Below, piece by piece: positions 47,980 to 61,801 of a stretch of 64,000 nt of DNA. Numbering within the stretch: the first letter of the stretch is position 1; each line of letters begins with the position of its first letter. The stretch is from Polymyxa betae A26-41 (lineage: Eukaryota > Protista > Endomyxa: Phytomyxea). The DNA lies in contig RBZT01000631.1 of assembly GCA_003693705.1 (NCBI GenBank), forward strand, positions 1-64,000. Reading direction: 5' to 3'. The notes under the pieces were generated by a model. The model searched no databases and was not told the DNA's origin. It saw nothing but the letters and a program-made list of their open reading frames with translations. The position numbers and the translations under genes are program-made.

Positions 47980-48290
47980 CTAAGCTGAAGACTCCATCTG
48001 CGAACGACCAATGAGTTCAAATTGCGGAGTCAGTTTGTCGGATTTGAATAGTGAAGTCGCACAGAATAAGCATTCTCGGGAAGAATCTGACACCAATGCT
48101 TCTTTATTGAGGATTTTATCCAATAACGGGGCATTGTAAATGGGTTTGTCTTCAATTCCACAGTGAGGCAATTTCGGATTTTAGGTTAACCATAAATGGG
48201 TAGGAATTTGTAAAAGATTTTCTAATGCCCCGTTATCCAAATCTTCAAAGTTGATTTGACGGATCTGGACTGTCGATGCATTATTTCAGC
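47980..48290 (-). mobile_element. Possible decayed Helitron-type coding remnant
   Basis: Stop-interrupted frame ...PLLDKILNKEALVSDSSRECLFCATSLFKSDKLTPQFELI resembles the CxxCxxxL-x6-P motif preceding DUF6570 in Helitron proteins (from memory). No termini found. Confidence 0.3.
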
Positions 48291-49516
48291 TTGACGAGTT
48301 GAGCCATTTGTTAGACAGAAAACAGATCTTTATCAGTTGATGATATAGTGTGTTACTAGTAGTTGATATACGTTTACACAGCCTGACCGCAAACATCCCT
48401 GATTACTAGTACCAGGTAGCAAATATTCAAAAAGGCTGTGAGTGTAGAAAACCATTGTCTTGTGATCAGAATGTTATTTTCGCTTGTCTGCAGTTTGACA
48501 GCAAAAGGACACGAATAGGATTGATTCTGTAATCAGGCATGATAGGAATCCAAGAATGAATTAAGAGCAACCACAGTCCACAGCGGTTGAGCGATTTTCA
48601 TTCGTGATTTACACCAGGTGTTTTTCCCAGCGGGTTGGGTATCTGTCATGCGTGATTGGAAGTTTTCGAATGCAAATGCTATACTCATGCAATGACGTCA
48701 TTTTAAATTGTGATTGAGCGCACCGGGCCGATTGTACTTCAGCTCAACATTGCAATAGCTTTCATGTTCTGAATGAACAGTATCATTAAAATCGCGATAT
48801 GCTTCCACAGAACTTCCCGCTTATGGGTATTATCCTGGAAGCACAGGCCACACGGAGGCGCTTGTCTTCGCTCGAACAGAAATGTGGAGCCATTGGAACA
48901 GAGAGAATACTAGAAAAAAATTGGTAATTTGATAGAACGCATGCGGGGCCAAGTATGAAGCATGGGCGCGTGTAAACAAGCACCGGTGGGAGACAATACT
49001 ATTTCACAAATGCGCGATTTACCCAATTACGCATGGAACCACGCACCCGCTGTGGCTCTAAGGAGATTGCCTTGCAAGCTTAAAGCATTAGCATTGAGAG
49101 AGACTTATAAACCTAGCTACAGAGCATTGATCTATCGCGTATCACACCCTAATATATTATATAAAGAAACTATAAGAGTTCCTATCGAAATAAAGGTTGT
49201 GTCGATTTCTGGCATGAGTCTCCGTGCATACATATGAACAGGATTACCGAAACCGGAAACTGCCACTGTTATGAGATCACATTCAAGAGACAGGTTTGAA
49301 AGAATGTAGCAAGCAAGCTGCTGTGAGGTTTTGGGAGCTTGCACCAAGTCTCGGTGATTCTGGTCAATATGTTGGTGCTAGGTGTTAGCATTAAGTCCAG
49401 ATAGTCCACGCACGGGAATATATCCTACCTGGATCGGTAACGCAGTCACAGATGTATGATTAAGCAAACTTGATAAATAGAAATATCTTGATATGCGGAT
49501 TTGAAGATATGGTATG

Positions 49517-52049
49517 CTACCTAGTTCGGATGAGGTTCTCTCCCATAGCCCTTTCTGACGGAATAAAGGACCGGTTCGATGCTGCTTGGCCCTGAACAAT
49601 CTGCGATGATGAAAGGAAGGGATTTGGCGAAATTGATGACACAGGATGGCTTTTCGGAATTAGCAGTGATGTAGAGAAATCCTTGACAATGCTTGGGACT
49701 AACGAAAGTAAAGCATCCGCGGAATCCCCGTCAGTTTCAGAAAAAAAGGCAACTTGATCCGGTACATTCCGCAAAACAGGATCCGAACTCCGGGCGGAAA
49801 TAATTGGCGCAGATATCCCTTGCCGCGAAACAGGTCTATGCTCAATGGAACTCCCTTTTAAAGCAGTGGTCTTCAGTGCTTGGCTTAATGGATTCATACA
49901 ATTCTTCTCAAAACTGCGCTGAGACCCACTGTTGGCATTGAATAACGCTACTCCAAACGGAGCATGTGAATCAGCTGGGTTTTCAACAACCGAACCAATT
50001 CTAGATTTCAAGCCAGAACTCGCATCTGCATGGGCAGGCGAAACTTCTGTAGAGTTCTGGGAATCGGATGAAATCTGTTCCACAGGTCGCTCAGAAGCTG
50101 GCTGCTCATCTTCAAAATCATGGATGCTTCCGACCTGAAAATCAGAATCATATGACACCTGAGAATCGGCAGCAGGGCCGGAACCAGCAGAGCCAGCTGA
50201 GTCGTCTTGGGAACCAAATACTTGTCCATCAGTCCCAAAAGGGACATTGGACATTTTCGTTGGTACTTCTGCATCCAGTGATTGACGAAGAGCTGTCAAA
50301 TCACTGGAAGAAATGCTCTCAATTCCATTTGAAGCTGAAGAGACTATCCCGGAAACGGGCTGAGAACAGAGCTGCAGCCTCGGATCTTTAGGGATTGATT
50401 CCGCAGCTCCAAATGGAGTTGATGAGCTACCCCTCAGCGGGGCATCTTTAACCGCAGCAATCCTTAAAGTTTGCTTTAAAACGCCTTTCATTGCACTTTT
50501 CTTGGTCTTCCGAACAGTATCGGGTGGAAGATAAATGCTGTATTCTAAGGTTTCCGTTTCGTCACAGAATGATATGGAGCGTTTGCACTCGATCTCCTTC
50601 TCTCTAGATGCTTTATGACTTCTACTAGAAATGGACAAAGTTGAGAGGGCAAAAACCATACAGAAGAATGCTTACATTGTCTGTTCCAAAAGTTGCCATT
50701 TATCGCTGACTCGGGCAAGAAGGTTGGCGATGATAGTATCACCGGAATGGCTGGCTTTCAAAATTTTTTGAAGTGCTCTGCAATGAGTAGACGGAGTAAC
50801 CGGAAGAACTTCGAGAAGCAGTAACGAGGTGCGTAGAAACACCTTGTCTTTTGATTTGATCCCATCTAAAATCCACTTTTCCAAATATTTGATGAAGTTG
50901 CTATTATGAAGCTTTATCAATCTACGGAATAACAATTAGGCGTGATGTGTGTTTCCCTCAGAAAACTTACGTTGCAAGATGAATGTGATTAAAGAAATAG
51001 AATATATGCTCCAGAAATGCCGAGCGTCTCTCCGAAGGTAGGTTTGGAAGAAGCTTCACAGCGGCATCCGGATTGCGTGGCAGCGCGGGATCGGTATTCC
51101 TTTCGAAGTGACCAATTCGTTGAAACACTCGCGAATTGAAAGCGGCTGGCTTAGTCGGACGTTTTCCAGGAAGTGCTGCTTGTAGCGCATCCTCGCAAGA
51201 GACAAAATCGTTGGAGTCCGATTTCTCGGCGTCAGGACTTGCTTGCTTGGCATTCACGTCAACATCTTCAACGAAACTGCTTTGGACTTTGGAACTCAAG
51301 GCATTCAGTTGCCTGAGTGCGGACGATCTTGGAGGTGGAGGCTTTTTCGAGGTGTCAAACTTCTCTGGCTGCGGACGTCTTGGAATACGAGACGGCAGTT
51401 GAGCACCGAAGAACCCTCTTTTCGACGAACGGCTTTTCGCAGCTAAGAGATGATTCGTTGACGTTAATACTGGACGTTGCTTGAATGCATCCTTTGTCTG
51501 CGCATTGACAGATATTTCTGTCGGATGTGAATCGGACTCTGGATGGTCTGGAATCGGCAATTTTATCACTTGGGCAGGTCTAAATACAGTGTCCGAATCG
51601 GACTGTGCTGCCATATCAGATGATGCCTGGGCAAACGAATTCGGTTCTTTCTCATGCAGATTGACTTTGCCATCTTTAGCACCATTGCCAACTGAAGACG
51701 CTTCGTTGTTTTTGAGCAGAGCATCGACATCAACAACAGAGTTCAGATCGGCGAGCGTTAACTGGGATTTTTTCCTCTTTTTGCGATGAGTTCTATCTGG
51801 ATTCGAATTTTGCGAAAAATGCGAAAAACTCGCAGGAGTAGTATTTGGAGATGTTGTAATCCCGTATAGTTCTGCAATGGACTTTCTGGAGTCGATAAGC
51901 TTTAGTCCGAATGCAGATAGCGATTCTTGGCCAGGAACTTCATTATCAGCCCCGAAATCGTCATCAACATAAACAGACGACCGTTTGCGCTGGGAAGGAG
52001 ATTGGTGTCCCGGGGGAGCTTGGGCCGTCATCATCGATCGGTGCGACAT
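49517..52049 (-). CDS. Largely disordered protein with TFIIS-N-like helical domain and PP1-docking motifs (PNUTS/Ref2-like)
   Basis: Three long exons (50967-52049, 50672-50935, 49517-50659). YLEKWI..FLRTSLLLLEVLPVT..LQKILK..IANLLARVSDKW is followed by KRSISFCDETETLEY and KGVLK. May extend 5' into 52053-52304. Confidence 0.6.
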
Positions 52050-53339
52050 CAGTCAGATGGTGTCTAGTAACGCCTTGGTCCGAGTTGGCCTTTGATACAA
52101 TCGTGTCGTAGAGATCGACAGACAATAATCAATCTGCTTGATATCAAGAAAGAAAACTGCGCGTCCGACCCGGGCTTTGTGTGTGCAAGATTGTGGTGTG
52201 ACCACTGTGACACGGCCGATATCGACTTCCACAGGACTTGGGAAAGTGGCTGCGCTGTTACTCGTCTGGCCAATGGCGAACTTCAAACTTCTCTGTACTT
52301 GCACGACGTGGAGACACTTTCCCTACTCCTCTCCTATTGCGCAGTGTATAGATTGGATTGTTGGGTACAGTCGTGCGACTCATTTTTGAGTCGAGATTAC
52401 TTGATGTGGTTTAAGCGAAGTCATTATATCATCCTAGCGGTTAGCCCTGCATGCTTTGGTGAAGTCAATCTGCGGAATTACAATTAGCTAACAGAGTGAT
52501 CTGTAGCGGTCTTTTGAGGCGGTTACTGGTTTTACAGCTTTTACATGCACTAAACTATTTCGTCTCGCTTCAAAGAAGCCTTCGTTTTAAACTCGATAAA
52601 AGAAAATAAATGCACTTGGGCTTCATGATTACAGGCCTGCAAAGCCGAAAACTGGGCGCTAGTTGAAAGCTAGAGTCGCGTCATGATGAACTGCAATTCT
52701 ACGAATCTATCATTACGATTACCGATCATAAATCGATGAATGAATATCGCATGGTCCATGGATTCCTTAGCCTCGCTCGAATGCGGAATGGCATTCTGGT
52801 TGTATGCTCTCTGACGATAGATTTACTTTTGCAAATAGACTGTTAATCATTCTTTTTGTAACTGGACTCTGGTCCATATTGATTGCAGACTCGCAAAGGA
52901 GTCAAAAATAATAACCCGTGAATTCAAGCAAGATTAAATGCATAGTTCACTGATCTTTGTCAACAGTCGGCGCAAACGAAAACTCAGTCCAGAATATCCG
53001 ATCAATATTGCTCTTAAAAGGCAATATATCACATAATAAACTTTCTGTCCAATCTTGCTCTTTGTAAGTGGTATCGGTGTATTACCGCTGAAGTATTTTA
53101 CTTGTAGAGTTACGAATTGTATGATCGAGCACCCCGGAACCCTCGGCCGGTGACCGCCCTCAGTCCCTCACTGCTCAGTGCTGTGTTTGTCTAATCGTTC
53201 TTCACTAGTTCTGATACACTGTTGGAGACAAACTCCGTGGAGTCGCGCATTTTTTATTGACAACAGCTCCTCTTTGGGACTATCTCTCTGATGCTGGGAT
53301 CTTCGATCTGCTAATATCGTCTATCTGGCATCATTTGCC

Positions 53340-54482
53340 ATGACTTCTTCGCTCGGGTCCTTGTTCCTACCTTTGACGTTCCTGTTTGAAAGCTTATCGA
53401 AGTTCCCGATTCTTTTATCTCTGTCTGTCGCCTATGTTGTCCTCTGCATGATTGCGCGCAGATATGCTCCTAAAGTTGAAATGCCAACATTCGATTTGTC
53501 TTCACAAGCATTTAAGTTGTGCTTTAGTTTATATCACCACTGGCTTCATTGCTTGCATCTTTGCATATCCTGGCTCTTGCTGGTCTTTCTGGCGTAATCG
53601 CATATATCATTGGTCGGCTATGTCATGCTGCTGCTGCTTATTCTAATGCCTTGATTAGTGGAAGAATTATCGACAGTATTGAGGCCAGCTACCATTTTCT
53701 CAACATTGTGCGATCCAGGTGGGAGCTTGTGGTCGTCTGGCGCTTTAGGACTGATTCAGAATCTGAATATGATGCTGAAAATTGTCGAAATGCATCACAC
53801 ATTCTGGATGTCAATGTCAGGCCGGCAAGATCATGTCACTCCCTTCCAGCTTTACCACAATGTCATAATGCTTTGGATTGCTTGGTCACAAACCGGCCCT
53901 GATGGCTCATCCGTTCAGTGGCTTCCAATTTTGCTTAATTGCGGTACGATTTATGTAGCTTTGTGTTAAATTTGCGAGCTTTCCTTGTCACTTAAATCGG
54001 TTTCGTTTTGAAGCGCTGTTGTGCTTGTTAATCAGCCTGTTTTGCAAATGCTTTGTTCATTTTATTCTGAGCTCATCATTTTTTATCAAGCTATGTCGCT
54101 TGCGATTGATGTTCCCTTAGTTGTTCATGTATTTATGTACCTGTGTATGTACCAAGCGTACAGAGGCGGCAGGACGCCATTTTACACAACTCTTCCGATG
54201 CTTCAATTTTTTCAAGGTGTCATGACCTCTTGCGCCATCCTTGCTGTCTTCGCAGCTCGTTTTGTCCATGATTTTATCGATGCAGATCGATTCCGGTATT
54301 GGCGCTGCTCAGGATCGTGGGCGTCGTTTCTGATTGCGGCATCTTTGGCGCTGTGCTATCCTCTCGGCTACATGACTTTGCACAAACCAGCAACTGACAA
54401 CTGGCTAGCTGAACGTGGTCTGGGTCTGTTCTTCTCAATAGGGCATAATCTTCGTCACGAAAAAGAAGAAAAGCGAGAGTGA
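53340..54482 (+). CDS. ELO/GNS1 fatty-acid elongase family membrane protein with atypical His box
   Basis: Four exons with KIVEMHHT, VTPFQLYHNVIMLW, LLNCVVHVFMY and TTLPMLQF, matching the four ELO motifs in order. Multiple TM helices and a charged C-terminal tail. Confidence 0.8.
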
Positions 54483-54919
54483 AAATAAATTCTCAGCGGT
54501 GTCATTATCGGAAGATGTTGTGTTCTATTGCACCCAAAGTGAAAGGAAGGCTTTACCTGTAGCTAATGTTAACACGAAAACCGAAAACTGCATTCTTCTA
54601 TAGGAATGCCAGATTCTAATTGCAAAACTTGGCACAATTTATAGATGTCACAGTATCACTAACTTGGATAACAACCCTATAAACGTCGAAGAGAAAGCAC
54701 TTCTCTAATGAGGATAGGAAGTGTGCTTATATGACTATGATGTTACTGTTATTTATTTCCAGTTGAAACGTGCAAGTGCCGTGTAGGAATTCATGAATCG
54801 CTGTCGCATTTGATAACTTGAGTAGTATTGATTCACGATCCCTTACGACAGCATCTGGCTAACTGGAGCGTTTCGTGGCGACAGCTACGGCTGCCATCAG
54901 CGGCAGCGTGCTAGCCAAG

Positions 54920-56936
54920 ATGTCACGTACGACCTCGTTCGATTCGCGAAGCGATTCGTTCGATCTTGATCAGCAAGTAAACGATTACAGTTTTCAAAGT
55001 GGTTCGATTTGATACAGTTTAGAATCGAAGCCGTGTTTTTTCGTCGATTTTCAGTCTGCCTGATGAGGAACTTGTCGATGGTATGGTGCGATGCTCATCT
55101 CTATCGAATCCTTAAGCATTTTTTCAAGATTTTACCTGTGCCTTGTTAAAGTCATCCGTTTTACTATTCCAAGGAAGGCTCTTCGTTTCCAGGGATCATA
55201 TCTGTTTTTATAGTGCTCTTCTGTCTGCAGAAGGAGTAGTCACGCTAATCGAAGACAGTTCTCGGATTCACTGATATGTTCTCAGCGGACGATAATCATT
55301 CCATTTGAGAATATATCTGAGATCTCAAAAAAGAATACAGCCTGGGTGGTTCCGAACGCTATTGAAATATGTATGGGGTTTGATTTAGGTTCCTCATTTT
55401 TGCTTAGGTGGCCCGCTAGGTCTTAAAGATGGCACTGAGTATTTCTTTGCATCGTTCCTCTCTCGTAACCGATGCTATGATCTGCTTCAGGACATCTACC
55501 GAAAAGAATCTACTCCAGAGATATCATCATCTGCTGTCGAGGCATCACGAGATTCGTCGCCTTCGCAGTCTGTTGATTTGACGCATGACACATCGCTTCC
55601 TGTTCCAGAAGTTGCTACATCTCCGGCAGTATGTTTGGCTTTGTTGCCAGCAGAAGCATCCCATTACTGGTTTTAGGATGATTTGACCGCTCCAGATCTG
55701 GTTGACAAAGTTCAGTCGGAATTGCACACTACCCTGACTCAATGCTATGAGCTTAGCTTGGACCAGTTTGAAGCTAAACTGTGCGACACATACTGGGGAA
55801 AATCAGGACTAGAATTCAAAGAATCTGGACGCGCTGAGTTTCCATTTCCCACGAAGTATTTAGCTTCAATTCAGAGCATTTTGCTGTCTGGCTTTTTTAC
55901 GCTCTGATAGGGATGTTTTTCCCAAGCTGTACGCTGATTCAGGGACAGTGTATTCTGCTCAGCAACATCTTGAGTCGCTAGGCGCAACTGATGTGAAAAT
56001 TTCCTCGTGGAAAGTAGACAAAGGTACGTCCTATCTCTATCATTTTAAACGGGATTGATATCTAATCTGCTTAGGAATTATGGTTCGTAACGGCTCCTTG
56101 ATTATGCCAATTTCGAATATTTTGTCAACCGTTAAACGCACGAGAGTACAAGAGTCATGTTATTGCTGCTACGACCCTGTTACTCACTCGTTTCACTTCA
56201 GGTACATTTTGTTCGTCGCATTCTTCTCATAGCATTTAAACGAGAATCTTTAGGTCTCAGTCTGTTTCAATGGATGCTCCTTATGGAGATCATTTTACGG
56301 TCTTGCTTGCTTACGATTTCAGTCCCGCTGAAGATAATGATCAGCGATGTTCCGTTTCTGGTCGTGTTGCTGTGTACTTTATCAAATCAGTGTGGGCCGT
56401 AAAGTCGATTATTGTCAGCAGTACGATTGATGGAGTTCGCAATGCTTTCGATTTGTGGTTCAAATCTGTCATTTCTGCTTGTTCTGAAGGCCAAGAGATT
56501 CCTATGGCTGCCATTCGAAGAGAATCGTGTATCGATCGCATTGAAGAACCAAAGAAACGACTAAGATTCGCTCTTCCTTCGTTTATTCAATGTATTTATC
56601 CAACCTCGTTTTTCATATGCTGATCTTCTGGTCTTAGTTGCCGATTTTGGAAAAATTTTAACGAAACAACGACATTTCGTATTCGCATCAGTCTGTATTT
56701 CCTTGATTGCAATCATGGTGTCGTCTCTCTCTTTTAATGTATGCATTCGCGTTTTTCTCAGCTGCCCTCTAAACCTTTGCAATCAGACGACGAAATTCTC
56801 AGAAAACACCTCAGATATGTGCTTTATGATTCCTGATATTATGTCCAAGTGCAGTCAGATGGGCAATTCACTTCCAGACTTATTCATAGCAGAACTGTAT
56901 AGCAACGCACTCTTAGCGAGGTCATTTTCATTTTAA
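54920..56936 (+). CDS. GRAM + VASt (StART-like) sterol-transfer protein, Aster/LAM family
   Basis: FSLPDEELVD|DFTCALL..FQGRLFVSRDHICFYS..IIIPFENISEISKKNTAWVVPNAIEI..YFFASFLSRNRCYDLL (GRAM), DAPYGDHFTV..VYFIKSVWAVKSII (VASt) and a C-terminal hydrophobic helix. Confidence 0.9.
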
Positions 56937-57212
56937 TAATTCTCCTTCAATATGATGATGATGGGATCTTAGAGTTCGAACGTATGGGCATTCAGTCCCA
57001 AAAGAGATAAATGTTGCCATCAATGATCTGAATCAAATTTTGCATGAATATATTACCATGCAAAGAAAAGGAGATACCAAGTTGGTCGTGAAACGATTAC
57101 AGGATTCTACCCAGCGGCTCCGGCTATATCCAAAAACTTTATTTATTAATCAATCAAATTAGTTTGAATTGCAAAGTATTGCAAAGCTGAGATTTTCGGA
57201 ACTCCCTCCTTA

Positions 57213-58780
57213 TCAATCTGTCTGAATTTCGATGGTCATCGGCATTTTGCCCAGCCTCTGTAGTAGGTGATTACCAAGAAATTCTCATTTGACACTCAGG
57301 CAACGTACCTTTTTCCAACATTATTTGAAGTTTGCCTGTTTTTTTAACATATTGAGCTTTGATTGGTTTCCAGCCACGCCGCAATGACACGTGAGCTTCA
57401 GTATTGCCATAAAAATGCAATCCTGTAAAAATCTTGATTTCAGATTATATATTTGCCGATAAAAACAGTATCCTACCCCAATCGGACGCTTCCAATCTTA
57501 TTGCTTCAGTATTGCTGAGACCGCTTATTTCCAAGACAAGTCGTGCTGCCTCATTTCCCCGCCCACCAATGTCTTTCGTGTGCTTCCACTGGAGTTCTAA
57601 TGCTGGGCGGTTTTCGTCCTTCTCATTCCTTTACAACTGATTGATCGCTTGATATTTACCATTAGAATTCATCCTCACCTGCAGTAGGCAAAATTTTTGG
57701 TAAGCTTGTGTTTCTTTAAAGACAACTCATTCGCAGCTTCAACTGAAGTCGCTGATAAATCCTGTACGGACTCAGTTGTGGGAATTGCGTTCTTAATCAC
57801 AGAATTCTGAGCAGAAACATGGACAGGCTCCACATCAATTTCCGTCGACGAAATCTCTTCAATCAACGGCGGTCGTTTTCGAGCAGTGGGCATCTCCAGA
57901 ATCTCAGTTGTCTCAAAGTTTAATGAAGCATCTTTTGAGTCATAAATTTGCTGAGGGTGATTGTCTGTGAGTTCTCCGATATTTGTAAATTCGGGGGGAT
58001 TGGCATTCGTAAGCTCAAGGTTTGATTGGCTTGCTGTACATAATGCTTTAAGTTTCAAGCGGTTTTTCAGATATTCAGCAGTACTTTTACGAATTCTCTG
58101 CCTCGTTGGTCGACCGCCTAAGAATTTTGCTTTCGGAAACCGAATCTCTATGCACATTGTCATTTCATTAGTCACATTGCCAAAACCCTGATACCTTTAC
58201 TGAGTCGCAGAGCGTATTTGGTTTCGATGCTCTCGATGCAATACTGCACTATAAGATCCCGATAGTCCCGGTCCTGATGACATTGCTGAATAGGAATGGG
58301 ACTCAATATGCAATCATAGGATAGGGCTGGGCCACCGGCTAAAGTTTCGTCTAAGACGGTTGATCGATGTGGGGGTTCTACGTCTGTCCTACCTTTGTCA
58401 TGACTTGGGCGTGGGGGGCCACAGCTCACTGGGATCCGATACCTGAAGCCCCACAATTATTACAAGAGCGGGTGTGTGGGGGGGCCTACATAGGCCCAGT
58501 GTACCTGCCATCATCTGTCTCCTCAGGTGCAGACACCTCTTCAGATGAGCACAGATTAATGAAGACTTTCTACCCTAGACGTTAAAGCAGGTTTCTTTGA
58601 ATCAGCCATAGCATTAACCTCGCCGACGCCGTCCTCGCTCTGCAGCCGCGTCTTCACCACGAATTCGGGCTCGGGTTCGACTTCGACCGACCCTTCTTCG
58701 TATTCTCTTCGTAGACGTTGCTCTTCCTCGTATTGCTGGAACAGAAACTCGAGCTGGGCAGCTTCTGGATCTATCTGCAT
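57213..58780 (-). CDS. PIH1-domain protein (PIH1D1/Nop17 or dynein-assembly-factor family)
   Basis: VEPEPEFVVKT..KVFINLCSSEEV..YRIPVSCGPPR..DKG..YDCIL..YRDLIVQYCIESIE.KY.L.L..KFLG, then PLIEEI and CS-like 3' exons. 3' end approximate. Confidence 0.85.
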
Positions 58781-58945
58781 TTATGATGCCCGACTTTACA
58801 ATTTGTAATGATGGTCACAGTCACAGATTTCTTAATGTACAGTAGCCAGACGATATGCGTCATTTCGCATTTGTTCTTGGTTTTAAATTTTTCTGGTTGA
58901 TAGAATGCTATTGTTATATTTATTTAACCACAATATTGCACATTG

Positions 58946-60607
58946 CTATGTCAACGGCTCAATCGATTGCCGCACTTCTGAATCTGAACGGAACCCTCCA
59001 TCGCTATCATATAGTTTCAATGGATTACTAATATTCAATGTTGTGGACAGAGACTCAAATCCAGCTATGACAGATTCCTCGATCTGGTCTAGCTCCAAAC
59101 GCAAATCTTCGGATTGTTTCGTGAACTTCTCAGACAAAGTCCTCATATCTTGCCGGGCATTATCTCGTGCTTCCTGCAACAATTGTTGCCTCTGTTCTCG
59201 TGTAATTCCTTCATTTCCATGTGCAACCAAATCTTTCACCGAGCTCGCAATCGTTTCGATGTTCGCTTCTAGTGCCGCTAAGTCACTCTGAGATCAAATC
59301 AGCAGTTGCCATCATATTATGTTAAAGCGAACTAACTGGAGATGTTACTGGGACTGAGCTATTGCTAACAGATGATTTGGCTAGGTCATTACATCGATGA
59401 ATACACGTGCTCAATTGCTGGAAAATTTGCCCAAGTGATTCTGCATGAGAGTCCTGGTATGCCGAGAAGTCTGCATTCAGTTTGCGAATTGTCGTCTCGA
59501 ACTTCTCGCTTAATTCAGTAACAGCTGGTTGGGTTTCTTCCTACAAATCGATTTTGAGGTAATCGATATTCGTGGTTTCCGTGAAACCCTCACCTGAACC
59601 TCATGCCTGAGAGAATCCATTCGTGTCCTGATCTCCTCCAAATCTTCATGTAATCCCGATTGGCTCTCGTCAATCGCCGTTTGCAGCTTCAGCATATTCG
59701 AATGGATGATTGAAACCTGCGCTATCATCGGCTTTAATTGCTTCAACGTGAACAAGATTTTTCACCTTGTTCTCAACGTCAGCTTTAACGCGGTTGATCT
59801 GATCTCGAACGGTTTCGGATTCGTCGAGCAATTTCCCGCGATATCGCGCTTCGTCCAGCATGCTAGCAACGTTCTAATTACGATTTATCAACAATATCAC
59901 AGCAAATGACATCAAAACAATCATACCTTCATATGGTCCTGCATAACAGACCGAATGTCTTCGACTTCATCAACCAGCACTTCCGACAAGATTCCGAAAG
60001 CTTTCTTTAATGAGATGATCTGGACCAGTTGAATATCGAGTTCAAAACACTCTCGACGACTTACTTGCTTCTTCATAAACTCGAACGTTTTCTGTGATTC
60101 GGACTCCAATCTGATCTGGTTCGAATGTTCTTCTTGGAGATGCTCGACGGCCCTTTCCATTTGCGCCATATGCTTCAGAACCGGTCTCAACGACTATTCA
60201 TCCATTCAAAGCCCACACTCAGCACCTTATACAACATCTACCGATTGATCGAGCTTCTTCGGGACCTTGACAGGCGGCTGGCAGATCGACCGAATAAACT
60301 ATTGAAGGTCAGCTGTTGCTGGGATACGTTCATGAATACTAACGTCATCCATTTTCCTAATACTGGATGCTGTATGAGCAGAATGATTTCCAGAACCATG
60401 ACCGGGCTCCATCTTCCGCACCGATGATTTCTTCTTAAACGCTGCAGTACATTGAACTGGCGACTTCTCCAGTCGATCAGCAATTCGGTCGCTGAATGAA
60501 GGCCACAGGTCATCGTTAATTTTCCGAACTCGAGCCTGAAATAGCGACTCGGACGACGATGTCGGGAATTGCTCCATGACGGGCGGGTCCATATCCGACA
60601 ACGTCAT
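58946..60607 (-). CDS. Multi-exon coiled-coil protein, unknown function
   Basis: Successive heptad-rich exons (59921-60190, 59670-59861, 59510-59755, 58946-59239) bounded by GT-AG sites. Confidence 0.6.
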
Positions 60608-61801
60608 GATGTCTAAAATGAGACATGGGACTGAATCAGCACAAGCATCTATCGTCACAGATGTTGCTTGAAATGTAAACTCTAATAAAAAGTTTCCGAA
60701 ATTCAGCTTGCTCACTCCGAATTGGACAAGAGGACGATTGTCAACGAAATCGAGCAATTTTTTCTCTAAGGCAGGAATCAAATACATCTCACGATTGCTT
60801 AGTAATTAAGGTTCACCGCCAGAAGTTCATGGATCGCGACTTCTCGAGATGGATGTTAGTTTTTAGCAGCCACTGTTTGACAAGTTTATCATTCGTCATC
60901 ATAGGAGACTGTGTGTAACTTAGTTCTTGTAAAAACCAGCGATTATGTTCAAATGATTATCAAGGCTGAAACCTCAGTCATGCTGATAGGATTAAAGAAG
61001 AAGAAGAAATAGCTGCGAACCTGAAATCTTTGACAATACGAATGCGATACTTTGGTAGGATTTGGGTCATCTCTCTTGCATTCGCTAAGCTTCTTTAATA
61101 ATTAGCTTTGTTTGATTTGGATTCCATCGGCTGATACAGTATCTTCATTCAAGCATTGAAATGTTTGGACGCGAGTCCGCGAGATAGCAGTCCTGAGATT
61201 CGTTATCGGGAACTTGGAATGACATACATTCATGCAGTATCGAAATGCATCTTTCAGTGGAATCTGGAATGTATCGTCTTCATCATATTTTAATAGAGCC
61301 GTTCGTCATCGCTGATACCTTTATCGCACGATCCTGTTAATTCGCTTCGTTGGAGAAAAAGGTAAACGATTCTTGGCATCATCTCTTATGCATAATATCA
61401 CCGTCTGTGAATTATCAACGAGAAAGGAATGAGACAATATGGGACCAAACAGCAAGCTGGGCATGTTCGGATTGATATAAAAATAAGAACAGATTGAAGA
61501 TTTGATGGGAAACAGACAATTACAGGCTGTTTTCTATCATACCATTTTGTTATACCACACATTGCCTATTGATTGACACTAAACATGTTTGCAAAATAAA
61601 AACGCATCTTTGAGCTTGAAATGCAGCTTCAAGTACCCTGGAGAGCGTCAGAATGATATACGAAGATGTCAATACAGACGTAATCGGACAGTATAAGACA
61701 TACTCAAAGATTTACTTCGATTTGAAGATAATCAATTGATTTATTACGTAGAGGCATTGATGCACTGAAATCCCACATAAGGTCATGGAGATCAGTTCTT
61801 C

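Noticed and set aside
60828-61400. Possible small multi-exon gene on the + strand (also at about 17500-18130 and 35920-36410)
   Set aside because: Splice-like signals are present but I could not build a consistent reading frame or recognise a domain.
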